Shown in pieces: positions 1 to 23,515 of a stretch of 60,000 nucleotides of DNA (position 1 is the stretch's first letter; each line of letters opens with the position of its first letter). A program made the translations under genes and the position numbers. A model generated the notes under the pieces. That model made no database searches and was not told the origin of the DNA. It saw only the letters and a list, made by a program, of their open reading frames with translations. The stretch lies in NCBI RefSeq assembly GCF_018350175.1, contig NC_058369.1, positions 13,332,001-13,392,000 on the forward strand. The letters are read 5' to 3'. The DNA is from Felis catus. Its lineage: Eukaryota.

Positions 1-3000
1 AGCCTGGGGAATTCTAGGCATGAAGCTAATCCCACCCTGGCTGAGCCCGTCAGGAGGCCGACACAGCCAGGAAGGAGCAAGGATCTTGGGAGGCATCTGT
101 CCTTGGTGTGTGACCTTGAGCAGCCCCGGCCCTTTGAGCCTTGATGTTCTCAGAAGATGAGGGCACGGACCAGATTTAATTTACTCGGTTGACAGTACTG
201 GGGAGAGTCGCAACTACGGGCACCGGGGGCAAAGGTCAGTCAGGATTGCCTTCTATTCCGGGGAGCCGGGGAGTGAGAAGAAGGCAGGGCGAGTCCATGT
301 GGAGTGGGGTGTGGGGAGCAGGCTGCGCTGGAGTGTCCCAGGCAAGGGTACAGCCTCCCCTCTCCACTTGGGGGGAGGGGGCTAGTTGGCATGATCAGTC
401 TGAGTGGTTTCCGGAAAACCAGGTCCTTTCAAACTCCACCTATGCTTGGAGAGGCACCCAAGCCAGGGTTTGTGCACAGCCAGCCGTTGTCACAGGAAAG
501 ACCCCCGAGGATGGGGTGCCAGGCTTCCGAGACCTTCGCGGCTGCCCTGCCTGCTGTTTTCGAGTAGTTCTTTCCCATCTCCAGGCCTTTGCGCTTTGAT
601 GGCTAAAGAAAAATCACTTCTTAGGATTTGGATTTGCTTTTTTCTTAGGAGGTGGGCACTTGTCTTTAAGTAAAAATCACTTGTGTGGTCTCGGCTCATT
701 TCTCTACGGGGCTGCGGGTCATTTTTTTAAGTTACTGTTTTGTAAAGGTCTTTATGTATGTAGGCGGAAGATGGGAAAAATACATGTTTTTCCCCGTAGA
801 TGGTACAAATACTGTTCTAGGGCACTTCATGTTTCTCAAGGTATATTTGGGGAGCCAGGCTAGAGTTTTTGAACTTTTTGCCTTGTTGATTTCATTAATC
901 TTTTGGGACTTCGGGCAGAAACCCCTCCTCCTTTCTCAGTAATTGGATCTCTGTATCTAGATGCCCCCCACAAAGAAAAAGTCCATTTCCCAGCCTTCTC
1001 ATCTAGGAGTAATCATGTGATACTAGCAGTGGTGATGTCTGCCATTTCCAGGACGTCCCCATCTGGCTGGAATAGAGGCGGAATGGCCGGTGCGCCAGCG
1101 GCCCTATTTGGCCATCGAGAAGCCACACTTGAGCAGCAAAGTGGAAGGGCCTTGGACACCTGACCCTGTGTCTGCAAGATTAGAACATGGAGAAGGAGCC
1201 CCAGTCCTGCTTGGACTGGAATCTGGAGCCCTTCAGTCAATTGTGACTTGGTCTTGAGGTGGCCCTAATGGTTGTGCTTGGGGCTAGTCACTACCCACTC
1301 AGCTTTTGTTCTGTGTGAAGTGGGGGTGGGGATAGTTCAGGTGAGCTAGAGACTGGATCCATCACTGGGAAAGTGGAAGGCCAGGGCCTCGACACACTAT
1401 TCCATGTTACAGCCTGGGGGCTGGCTGGGAGGGCTCTGCCTGAACCAGCCAAACGGTGGGGTCAGTCCCACTATTGAGGGACCTTTGAACAGATGACGAG
1501 TGCACCCCAATTCCCTAACTTCCGTGTCTTCGTTCAACGCCCCCCCCCCCCCCACACTCATTCTTGCCTGCAGACCCCTCTACTGTGTCCCCACCCCACA
1601 GACCCTGCACAGAGCAGCTGGCAGGACGCTGGCAGGAGGTGGAGACCGCTGAACTGGGCCCTCAGTCTCCAGAGGTAGGTGAGGTGCTGGAACCACGCAG
1701 AGCGAAAGCCCAGAGTAGGTGGCGATGGGCCCTTCGTTGTGAGGCCCATGAGATAGGGCTGGCCTCTTGGACTTTTAACCCTCTGGCTGGCTGGGGTCCA
1801 GGGAGGGGAAGATTCTTTTGGGATCACCCAGCCAACTCAGGTGGACAAGAATGTGGAACCCGCAAGGCCCTGGTGGGCCTCTCCTGCTTCCAGTGCTGAG
1901 ACTCCCAGGTCCTGTCCCTGGGTTTGTCCAGGTGCCAAGTGTCATTCCTGGGCTGGGAGCCCTGGGGGAGAGACCTCACGAGCTGCCCCTCACTCCTGAG
2001 TCAGGGACCATCAGGGACAAGGGTGGGCACCAAGGCAAAAGTGGGACAAGTGGGGGGTTCCAGAAGACCTGACCCAGATCCTGAAACCAAGAGAGACCGA
2101 GAATTGTGGAATCCTAGAACCCAGTTGGGGTCCTCAGGATGTAGGAATCGTGGAATCTCACAGAGCACGCAGCACCGTTAGTAAAAAAAAAAGTTTGCTT
2201 TTACCGAGTGCAAGGTAGAAGTTCAAAGACAGCCAGCCAGAAAGTCATGCTGGAGCCACAGTAGCTCATAACCAGGGAGCTGTGGGAGCACTGAGGGTGC
2301 CTGGGCAGCAGGCAGGGTTGGGGACAACAGATACCCGTGCGACAGCCCCTTGTGCGCTCAGACTGCAGCCGCCCAGCCTTCAGAGTCTCCCTGCCCCTCC
2401 TCCTCCACCGGGCTGCGTCCCGCTTGCCCCCTCCCTGTTCTGTGATGGGAACTGGACACTCAGGGAAGGTAAATCTCACCACCCTGCTCCCCGTACCCCC
2501 CCAACCCCTGAGAAGATGGTCCTACACACCTCTTCAGGGTTCCCAGAACACGTTCCCATCCACCCATCTCTCCCTGCCACACAGCCGCTGCGAATCTACG
2601 AATCTCATTAGGTCCCTCTGGCTCCAAACTCTCCAGTGCCCACGGTCCCTCCCCTCCCCACCGCCAGCGCCCTCACAGTAAATTCCACACACTTCACAAG
2701 GCTCCAGGCTCGTGGCTTTCCCTGTCTTCACTCGGCTCATCGCACTTGTTCCACCTCAGAGCCTTCGCACTGGCTGTTCCCCCTGCCCCGAGTGCCCTTC
2801 CCCCCCCCCCCCCCCCCTCCAAGCTTGGCTCGTTCCCGGCCTTCAGGTTTGCAATCACCTCCTCAGAGAGCTCCCCTCCCCGAAGCCCCACATAAAGTCG
2901 CCCCCCAGGCCGGCTCCGTCTCCGACTTGACTTCACGCTTGTCACCTGTCAGCTTCTGAAATGTGCGGTCGTCTGCTGGCTGGGTCAGTGCCCTGTGCCC

Positions 3001-3592
3001 GTGAGCGGTAGGGGTCCGCCTGGATGCTGCTGCGCCCCCAGCAGCCGGGGCATGGTTCTGCACACAGTAGGCACTCAATGAATGCGCCTCAGCCCGAGCG
3101 TCAGTCTGTAGCCTCCCACCTCACAGTAGAGACAGTAGAGAAAGGCCGGCAGGGGCTGGTAACCGCTCCCGGGACCCCCCTGGCGATGAGGACTAGTTGG
3201 CCTGCTCTGCAAAGGTTTGCATATATTTGCATCCGTTTGCACGGCTTTTGGGGACGGGGATCCCCACCCGGATTTCCTCTTTCCCACCAGATTTTCCAGG
3301 AGGGTGCAGCGAGGCCGGGCCTGGAAAGCATGAACGCGGAGGAAGGAAAGGAACTCGGTGTCCTCCCCACCCTCCTGGCCCGCGTTGAGGCAACAGATGC
3401 CCGTGTGGCAGCCGCAGAATGGGAGTCCCGTGGGGCGGGGTGCAGGTCCGCTCCGCACCGCTCGTCGAGAGGGAGCGAGAAGGCAGTCCCCCCTCCCCCC
3501 CCCCCCCCCCCCCCCCCCCCGCCGGACACGAAGGGATGAAGGGGAGGGAGATGCTGGACCAAGCGAGAGTGGCGTGTGTCGACCAGAGGAGA

Positions 3593-3606
3593 CCACCAGG
3601 GGGCGG
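3593..3606 (+). promoter_or_regulatory. CTCF motif (forward)
   Basis: CCACCAGGGGGCGG matches the core consensus CCASYAGRKGGCRS. Confidence 0.65.
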
Positions 3607-4611
3607 CAGAGGCTTGGGGAGGACTCCGGTACCCTCGCCTAGAACCCCGTGGTTTTGATCCCTCCCGCTTTTGCAAGGAGGGAACCCAGTTTGGGGAGAC
3701 CAAGTCAGGACTCAAGCACCGAGGTCCGAGCCTCCAGTGGCCAAAGTCCCTCTGGTCCACCAGCGAAGGGCCCCAAGACGACAGCGTCTGCGTCCTTTGA
3801 TGGCACGGCCCCAGGCAACAGGCTTCGCCTCCCCAAACTGGGTCTGCTCATCTGTGCCATAGGGACGTGTCAGATACTACCTCCCAAGTAGTCGGGGTCC
3901 TCCATTTATTCTGGCTCATGGCCACGGACAGCCCCTCCTCCATGACCTCCATTATACATACACTTAGTGCCTGGCACAGGACAGTCGCTCCTTGCCGGTG
4001 CCGTTCTGGAAACAACAAATGAATAAAGAGTGAATGAGGTGCTTACTCTGTGCCGGGCTTGTATTATGCAAGTTCAATTTATTTCTCCGAGGCAGGGGCT
4101 GTTATATGCCCATTTACAGATGGCGAAACTGAGGCCCAATGACAAAGATTCCCCCAAGTGTGTGCATTTAAGACCTGAACCCCAATGTTTCCCACTCAGC
4201 TTAGCCCGAGGTTGGGGCTTGGTGATGCCCTCCCACTGGGCTCCGGAGAAAGGGAGTGGGTCCAGATGCCAGTTGGGGGAGGGGTTCAAGCGGCAGGACA
4301 ACCCAGAAAGTGAACCCCTGTCCCGTGGGAGAGTGAGCTCCCCTCAGCCTAAGGCACAGAGGGAGGCACAGCGGCGAGCTGAATGCGGAGGCCACTGCTC
4401 CCAGCTGTGTGGCCGGCCTCAGGTGAGTGACATATGCCATCTCGGAGCCTCAGTTTCTCCACCTGTCGACGCGAGACATCATCAGCTCGTGGTGAGAGGA
4501 AACCGTCACACAAAGTAAGAGGGGCGTTTGGGAGCCTCCCCCAGCAGCCACCCACGTGGCCGGTCATGGGCCTTTCTGACCCAGTCCTGCGCGGAAAGGG
4601 TGCGGGTCCTG

Positions 4612-4664
4612 CCCGCCCCCGAGTCCAGGGGCGGAGTTTCGCGCACCCGGGGAGGCCAATAAAT
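4612..4664 (+). promoter_or_regulatory. SLC5A5: SLC5A5 proximal promoter: GC boxes plus TATA-like AATAAAT
   Basis: CCCGCCCC at 4612-4619, GGGGCGGA near 4628 and AATAAAT at 4658-4664, about 450 nt upstream of the ATG; the same GC-box/AATAAAT arrangement is described for the NIS promoter. Confidence 0.75.
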
Positions 4665-5112
4665 TCACAGCCGGTCGCCGCGAGCTGCCCCTTTAAGCCC
4701 CACGGAGGCCACCGGTGGTCAGCGCTGAGCCCAGCCCCCAGGGAGAGGGACCGACGGCCGCCGGGCGGGGGACACGCCGCTGCGCTGGGCAGCCCCGGGC
4801 CGAGAGGGGGAGGCGAGGTGGACGGACAGACAGACAGACGGCAGACGCGTAGACGCCGAGGAGGGACGGGGAGGCAGACGACCGCCGCGAGGATCCACAG
4901 ATTCCTTGCCCAGGGAGCCCCTGCCCGAGTCCCGGTCGCTGCCTCCCTCCAGGGAGCGACGGAGACAGGCGTGCGGCCTCGCTGCGGGGGCCGAGCATCA
5001 TCCCGCCTCCACGCGGCCCTGCCTCCTCGGCCGCTGCGGGTTTCCCTTCCCCGGGGCACGCGGGGTGGCTAGAAGGGCCGAGGACGCGCTTGGCCCCCCG
5101 CACCTGCGCGTC

Positions 5113-16346
<11,234 letters not shown>

Positions 16347-17237
16347 GCCAGCAGGCGACTGACCACTGAACCCCGCAGGTTCCTGGGATGGAACCTCAGG
16401 GTGGGCCACTCCCAGGCCACAGGAGCATAGCCTCGGGCTCCGATTGGCTGGACTGTGTCCTATGCAAATGAGCTTGGGACTGAATGTCCCGCCCTACGGA
16501 AAGAGGTGAAGCCCTGCCTTTAGGAGGTCATTTTATCCAGCCCCCTTCTTCCAGCCAGTCCCTAGTCTTAGGTGCTGCACCCTTGCCCGCTCCCCCAAAA
16601 TGAAGCCAGATTTTTCTCCACGTTCAATGGAAAGATGTTGGAGTCCCCTCTGGACAACACAGGAAAACTCCAGGCCCAAGATGAGGGTCTGAGAAAGTCT
16701 CCGGGGCTCCTCTGGAACATGTCTGAACCTTAGCAAGGATTTTCAAGGTCCTCAGGCACAACCCCCTGCACCCCATTTCACAGATGGGGAAAGTGAGGTC
16801 TGGAAAGGGACAACAACTTGACCAAGGTCACAGAGCAAACTAGAGATTCATTGAGAGTTGGGCACCAGCTCTTCCTCCTTCACCTCTCTGTTTTCCTCCC
16901 TCTGAAGGGTCAGACATCATATGGCCCTTGACCTTGGGAGCAAGAAGGGAGGATAAAAGAGAAATAGTGTTTTCAGTCTTCTTCTTTGCACTTGGACACT
17001 CTCCATCGCATCTACTAAGAACCATGAGCCCCCTTCCCAGAGGAATACACTAAGGCTTAGTGGGGTTTCCTGAGGTCACACAGCGAGTTGGGTCTGGGCA
17101 GGGGCAGGCCTGAGAGCTGCGTGACGCTGACGCTCCATTGCCAACATGTCACCGGTGAACAGGGTCACTTAGGTTGGGCAAACCCACGTCCTGGGGATGC
17201 TCTTGACTTTGGTTAGAGACTTACTCCAGGCACATCA

Positions 17238-17243
17238 AATAAA
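17238..17243 (+). terminator. SLC5A5: Probable SLC5A5 polyadenylation signal (second AATAAA at 17362-17367)
   Basis: AATAAA about 890 nt after the stop, followed by a T/GT-rich tract (tgatgttctgtgctctct). Confidence 0.6.
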
Positions 17244-17639
17244 CGGACTTTGACGCTTGATGTTCTGTGCTCTCTGAAAAATCATTCTGGCTGTTGCCTC
17301 TGCTGTCCTCCGTCAGATCTGAGTGTGAATCTCAGGGTCTCTTGACCCAAGCCTGTGAATGAATAAACCCGAGTATTTAAAGCAACAGAGCAAGGTAATA
17401 ATTGCCACATCGGGGTGCATTGTGCTGCCCTTCCTGACCCCTAGCTTCTCTCCCCTTCTGACTTACTCTTGAAGCACTCCTTCCTCACCACTCTTTGTGC
17501 CTGGACCCTGCCAGTCTCCACACTGTCCTTGCACCTGCACCTTGGGGTGGCTGTGGCCTCTTGAAAGCTGGCTGCACTCACCTCTGCCCACACAACTGCT
17601 GTGGCTCCTTTGGTCCCCAAGGGAGCATCCCCGGCTCGT

Positions 17640-18026
17640 TTCCATAGGGTGTCCCCACAATTCAAGACCCAGAACCTCAGAACGTGAGCCTATTTGAAAA
17701 TAGAGTCTTGGCAAGTGTACCTGGTTAGATTAAGACAAGGTCGTACTGGATTAGGGTGGGCCTTCAGTCCAATGTCTGCGTCCTTATAAGAGGAGAAGAG
17801 GCACATAGGGAGAAAGCCACGTGGACACCGAGGCAGAGATGGACACATCTACCAGGCAAGGGACACCAAGGATTGCTGGAACCACCGGAAGCCAGGGAAA
17901 AGGTAAGAGAGTCTTCCGAGGGAGCACAGGCTGCCAACATCTTGATTTTGGACTTCTGGCCCCCAGAACCGTGAGAGAATAAATGTCTATTATTTTAAGC
18001 TATGATAGCCACGGGAAATTAACACA
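17640..18026 (+). mobile_element. MaLR LTR (MLT1-like)
   Basis: agaacctcagaacgtgagcctatttgaaaatag...gactggattagggtgggcc-like...gagaataaatgtc...aacaca. Confidence 0.75.
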
Positions 18027-18348
18027 CGCTTCCAGATCTGGTCTCTCTCCACCCCTTGGAGACCCGGCCCTCTGTACAGGCTGTTTTCCGGAGACCTTTG
18101 GATTTGGACTTAAAAGGGACCATTACAAATTTCAAACCAATGACTGAGCAGCACGGGAAGCGGACTTGCCACCGGTCGGGGGTGTTCGCTCAGAGCACAG
18201 CCCAACGTGGGGGTGAAAGAGGCATGAGGGGCTGAGGCAGAACAAGCTGGTCTGAGTTTTTCGAGATCCAGCCAGGCTGCATGTATCAGGAGTTCGTTCC
18301 TTCTCATTTTGCTGAAGCTCAAGCCACAGCTCGCTCATCCATTCACCG

Positions 18349-18731
18349 TGTCAGCCTTGAAAACAAAGCAGTCCCTTATTTTACCAGCAGAATGGGCTTA
18401 TTTGGGAACGGCAGAGGGATTGCAATCCGGGACTCGCAAGCTGTGGCGAGACCGTGGCCGAGTCTAGAAGGCAAAGGAGCGGAACGTTGCTTTGTAGAGA
18501 AAAAGGAGGAAGTGGGGAGGGGTTGGGGAAAAGTGAGGGTTCAGGGTGGTGATGGTTTCTCACTGGCGGTTCCTCCTGCAGGGGTAGTAAAGCTCCTTCC
18601 CGCTGGAAAATGCAAGGTGGCTTCTTCCCCTTGAAGGGCCGCCCGCCATTGACAATGAGTTGGTAAGGCGTCAGAGCGCCCTCTTCTGGCCTCCCAACTA
18701 TTTTAAACCCAGTTTCCCTCTCCGTTTCACA
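18349..18731 (-). mobile_element. Solo ERV LTR inserted into an L1 fragment
   Basis: TG...CA termini, near-match 4-bp TSD (ACCG/TCCG), and L1 text (atccattcacc | gttgatgaacacttggg) continuous across it. Confidence 0.65.
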
Positions 18732-19290
18732 TCCGGTTGATGAACACTTGGGTTGTTTCCATCTGGGGGCTGTGACAAAGTTGCTGTGAACATTCACATG
18801 CATGCCTTCGTGCGGACCCTGCTTTCATCGCTCTTGGTTAAATACCCAGGAGTGAAATGGCCAGAGTCTACGGTGAGCGTGTGTGAAAGAAACTGCTGAA
18901 CTGCCAACAACGTGGCAAGAGTTCCAACTGTTCCATATCTTCACCAGCACTTAGTATGGTTCATCCTTCTAATTTTGGTCATTCTCGCGGGTGGTCTACA
19001 ACCACGGTCTTGATTTATATTTCTCTAATGACTAATGGTGTTGAGCATCTTTTCATGTGCTTGTTGCTTATCCATGTGTTTGTGGCCAAGCGGCTATTCA
19101 AAGCTTTTGCCCATCTTTTAACTGCGTTGTTTATTCTCTTATTATTGTAAGGATTCCGTTTATATTTTGAATACAAGTCCTTTGTTAGCCATGTGCATTG
19201 CCAACATTTTTCCCAGCTTGTGTCTTGCCTCTTCAGTCACTAAAGATGACCTTTGGCAGAACAGAATTTGTAGTTTTGATTTATCAAAAT
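18732..19290 (-). mobile_element. L1 3'-region fragment
   Basis: ttgctgtgaacattc, tttctctaatgactaatggtgttgagcatcttttcatgtgctt. Confidence 0.75.
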
Positions 19291-19299
19291 TATACATTA

Positions 19300-22200
19300 A
19301 CATTTTTTTAATGTTTATTTATTTTTGACAGAGAGACAGAGCACGAGTGGGGGACGGGCGGGGAGTGAGGGAGACACAGAATCCGAAGCAGGCACCAGGC
19401 TCCGAGCTGTCAGCACAGAGCCCAACGTGGGGCTCGAACTCACGGACTGCGAGATATGACCCGAGCCAAAGTCAGACGCTCAACCGGCTGAGCCACCCAG
19501 GCACCCCAATCAAAATTATACATGAAAACAAAAATTTTTAATGTTTATTATTATTTTTTTGAGAGAGAGAGAGAGAAAGAGAGAGAAACAGAGTACGAGC
19601 AGGGGAGGGGCAGAGAGAGAGAGGGAGACACAGGATCCCAAGCAGGCTCCAGGCTCTGAGCTGTTGGCACAGAGCCTGACGTGGGGCTTGAACTCACAGA
19701 CTGTGAGATCATGACCTGAGCTGAAGCCGGACGCTTAACTGACTGAGCCACCCAGGCATCCCTCTTTTCTTTTTTTTTGTGGTAAAATATAGACAACGTA
19801 AAAATTAACGTTTTAGGGACGCCTCGGTGGCTCAGTAGGTTAAGCGTCCAACTGTGGCTCAGCTCACAATCTCGCAGTTCATGAGTTCAAGTCTTGCACC
19901 GTCGGGCTCTGTGCTGACACCTCAGAGCCCGGAGCCTGCTTCGAATTCTGTGTGTGTCTCTCTCTCTGCCTTTCCCCCACTCACACTCTGTCTCTCTCTC
20001 TCTCTCTCAAAAATAAACATTAAAAAAATAAATATATATATATTTTTTGGTCATCTGAATGACTATATATATACACACACACATATATATGTATATGTGT
20101 GTGTGTATATATATATATATATATAATAAATCTCAATATCACAATGTCTATTATATTGTTTGGGGGTCCCTTGAGATTCCATATGAAATTAATGATAATT
20201 TTTTTTAATTTAGATTTTTCTACTTTTTTTTTTCAACTTTTATTTATTTTTGGGACAGAGAGAGACAGAGCATGAATGGGGGAGGGGCAGAGAGAGAGGG
20301 AGACACAGAATCGGAAACAGGCTCCAGGCTCCGAGCCATCAGCCCAGAGCCTGACGCGGGGCTTGAACTCACGGACCGCGAGATCGTGACCTGGCTGAAG
20401 TCGGACGCTTAACCGACTGCACCACCCAGGCGCCCCTAGATTTTTCTACTTCTTAAAAAAAAACACTACTGGAACTTGATAGGGATTCCATTGGCTCTGT
20501 AGATCACTTTGGGTAGTATTGATATTTTAACAAGTTTAAGTCTCCCAGTGCATGAACGTGGGACATCTATTTGTTTTTAAATTTCTTTCAGGAACATTTT
20601 GTAGTTTTTAGTGTACAAGTCTTTCACTTGCCTTGGCTAAGTTTTTCCTAATATTTTATTCTTTTTTTTTTTTTTTTTTTTTTTTAGAGAGAAAAGAGAA
20701 CGTGTGCACATTTGTGCATGCAAGTGGGGGAGGGGCAGAGGGAGAGGGAGCGAGAGAATCCCAAGCAGGCTCCATGCCCAGCACAGAACCCAAGGTGGGG
20801 CTCGATCTCGTGACCGAGAGATCATGACCTGAGCCGAAATCAAGAGCTGGATGCTTAACCTACAGAGCCACCCGGGTGCCCCTCTTCTTTTTAATGTTAT
20901 TGTAAATGAAATTGCTTTCTCTATTTTTTTTCCCATAACGTTCATTATTAGTACATCGAAATGCAGCTGAATTGGGGTGGCTCAGTCAGTTAGACGTCCG
21001 ACTCTAGACTTTGGCTCAGGGCATGATCCCAGCGTCATGAGATCAAGCCCTATGTCAGGTTCCACGCTGAGCATAGAGTCTGCTTGAGATTCCCTCTCCC
21101 TCTGCCCCTCTCCCCTGCTCTCTCTAAAATAAAAATTAAAAAATCAAGTGTCACTGAGATTAAAAAAAAAAAAAGTCACTGTCAGAATTTCTCAGCCATG
21201 GCACTGTTGACGTTTCGTGCTGAATAGTCCTCTATTGTGGGTGCCGTCCTGTGGGTTGTAGGGTGTTGAGAAGAATTTCCTGGCTTCCACCCCCTGTCCC
21301 TCCCCCTAAGCTGGGATAACCAGAGATGTCTTCAGACATTGCCAGTGTCCCCAGGGGAGCAGAATTATTTCCGGTAGGACACGACTATTCTATGTTCAAA
21401 AAGAGTCAAGATGGGGGCGCCTGGGAGTCTCGGTTGGTTGAGCATCTGACTCTTGATTTCAGCTCGGGACATGATCTCAAGGTTCGTGGGATCGAGCCAT
21501 GTGTCCAGCTCTGTGCTGACAAAAAGGGGCCTGCTTGGGATTCTCGCTCTCCCTCTCTCTCTGCCCCTCCCCACCACTCTATCAAAATAAACTAAAAACA
21601 AAAAGCAAAAACAAAAAAGAATATCTCTAAAAAAAAAAAGTCAAGATGGTATATGTAAGATGTCCTTTTCCATAGCCTATTTTTAATTTTTAAAGTCATT
21701 CATTTTTATAATCAAAATAGAAGAATATTTTGAGGGGCACCTGGGTGGCTCAGTCAGTGGAGTGATTGACTCTTGATTTTAGCTTAAGTCGTGATGCTGG
21801 GGTCATGAGATCAAGCCTGTGTTGCCTGTGCTGAGTGTGGAGCCCACTTGAGATTCTCTCTCTCTCTCTCTCTCTCTCTGCCCCTTTCCCTCCACTCTCA
21901 CCCACTCTCTCTCTCTAAAAAAAAAATAAATAAATAAAGGCTATGTTGAAATGGTTGACATTTACTGAGCATGTACTATATGCCAAGTGGTTTACTCATG
22001 TTAGGAGTGTTGGTGATGGGTCACCTGGGTGGCTAAGTGGGTTAAGCGTCTGACTCACTTTTTTTTTTTTTTGAGAGAGAGAGAGAGAGAGATGAGGGAG
22101 GGGCAGAGAGAGGGAGAGAGAACCCCAAGTTTGAGTAGGGCCCAAACCCATGAACTGCAAGATGATGACCAGAGCCAAAACCAAGAGTCAGTTGCTTACC

Positions 22201-22850
22201 TGAAGTATCTGATTCTTGATTTGGGCTAGGATCATAATCCCTGAGTCATGAAATTGAGCCCCATTTCAGGCTCAGCACCAAGCGTGGAGCCTGCTTGGGA
22301 TTCTCTCTCTCTCCCTCTCCCTCTCTGTCCCGCCCCTACTCGTGTTCGTGTTCTCTCTCAAAATAAGTAAGTAAAAAATTTTTATTTATTTACTTATTTT
22401 AAAGAATTTTTAATGTTTATTTATTTTTTGAGATAGAGACGGAGTGTGAGCAGGGAAGGGGCAGAGAGAGAGGGAGACACAGAATCCGAAGCGGGCTCCG
22501 GGCTCCGAGCTGTCAACACAGAGATTGACACGGGGCTCAAACTCATGAACCAGGAGATCATGACCTGAGTCAAAGTCAGATGACTAACCGGCTGAGCCAC
22601 CCAGGTGCCCTGTAAATGAATGTAAAAAAATTACTTTAAGGGGCACCTGGGTGGCTCAGTTGGTTAAGCGTCCGACTTCAGCTCAGGTCACGATCTCACA
22701 GTTTGTGGATTCGAGTCCCGCATCAGGCTCTGTGCTGACAGCTCGGAACCTGGAGCCTGCTTCCGATTCTGTGTCTCCCTCTCTCTCTGCCTCTCCCCCA
22801 CCCACGCTCTGTCTCTCTTTCTCAAAAATAAATATTAAAAAAAAAACCAC
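19300..22850. mobile_element. Dense Can-SINE cluster (about 12 copies, both orientations, some nested) with L1 remnants
   Basis: Repeated SINE heads and tails, e.g. young copy 20226-20436 (-) flanked by the 15-bp TSD TAGATTTTTCTACTT. Confidence 0.9.
21183..21385 (+). mobile_element. MER20-like hAT DNA transposon
   Basis: ttctcagccatggcactgttgac...tcagacattgccagtgtcccc. Confidence 0.7.
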
Positions 22851-23029
22851 TACATTTTTCTTGCTTTGGTTTCCCTCACCAAGTACTGGTACATTATTAT
22901 TAACTGAAGCCCACAGTTTACTCTTTGTGTTGTATATTCCATATGTTTTGACAAATGCAGTGTCCTGTCTCCACCACTACAGTATCATACAGAATAATTT
23001 TACTGTCTTACAAAACCCCTCTGTTGATT

Positions 23030-23515
23030 TTTTTTCCCGATTTTCTGTGGATGATAGTATCATCGGGTTTCAATTGTTTTTCTTACGTTATTACTTTGGC
23101 CAGTGCTTCTGCATCAGCATTTAAGAGTAGCCATGACTGTGGGCGTTCTGGCCTCGTCCCGGGCTAGGTTACCTCTTCTGTTTCACCGTCCGACACAAGG
23201 CAGATGATTGCTTTCCAATCATGATCTTTGATCAGACTAATTTTTTTCCTAGTCACCATCAACTAAGAACTTGGGGGAAAAAAAAAAATCAGAGGTGGTT
23301 GCTGAATGTTATCCAATGTTTCTGCAGCCCAGTGAGATGATGATCATTTGGTATTTTTCTCCTTTCATCTCTCCATTGAGTAAGTGAGGCTTTCTGAGGC
23401 TGAACTTTCCTTGCCTTTTTAGGGGGAAAAAAAAAAATCTGCATCCCCCTGGTATGGTGTCCTTTAGAGTACAGCTGCACTCAATTTGCTGATATTTTAT
23501 TTAGCATTTTTGCAG
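23030..23515 (-). mobile_element. Ancient L1 ORF2 fragment
   Basis: gttgctgaatgttatccaatg...tttgctgatattttatttagcatttttgca. Confidence 0.5.

Noticed and set aside
1..1500. RPL18A/SNORA68 expected upstream by synteny
   Set aside because: No RPL18A coding sequence or convincing snoRNA recognised; probably left of the window
3916..3935. REST/RE1-like CCACGGACAGC
   Set aside because: Only the right half matches; the left half (TCAGCACC) is poorly matched
4906..5112. In-frame open region upstream of the NIS ATG
   Set aside because: Starts at TTG in a GC-rich 5' UTR with no upstream ATG; the canonical ATG has strong context
19300..22850. tRNA-like A/B boxes and recurrent short ORFs (MAQ.VKRPTSAQV...)
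   Set aside because: These are tRNA-derived Can-SINE heads, not tRNA genes or a protein family
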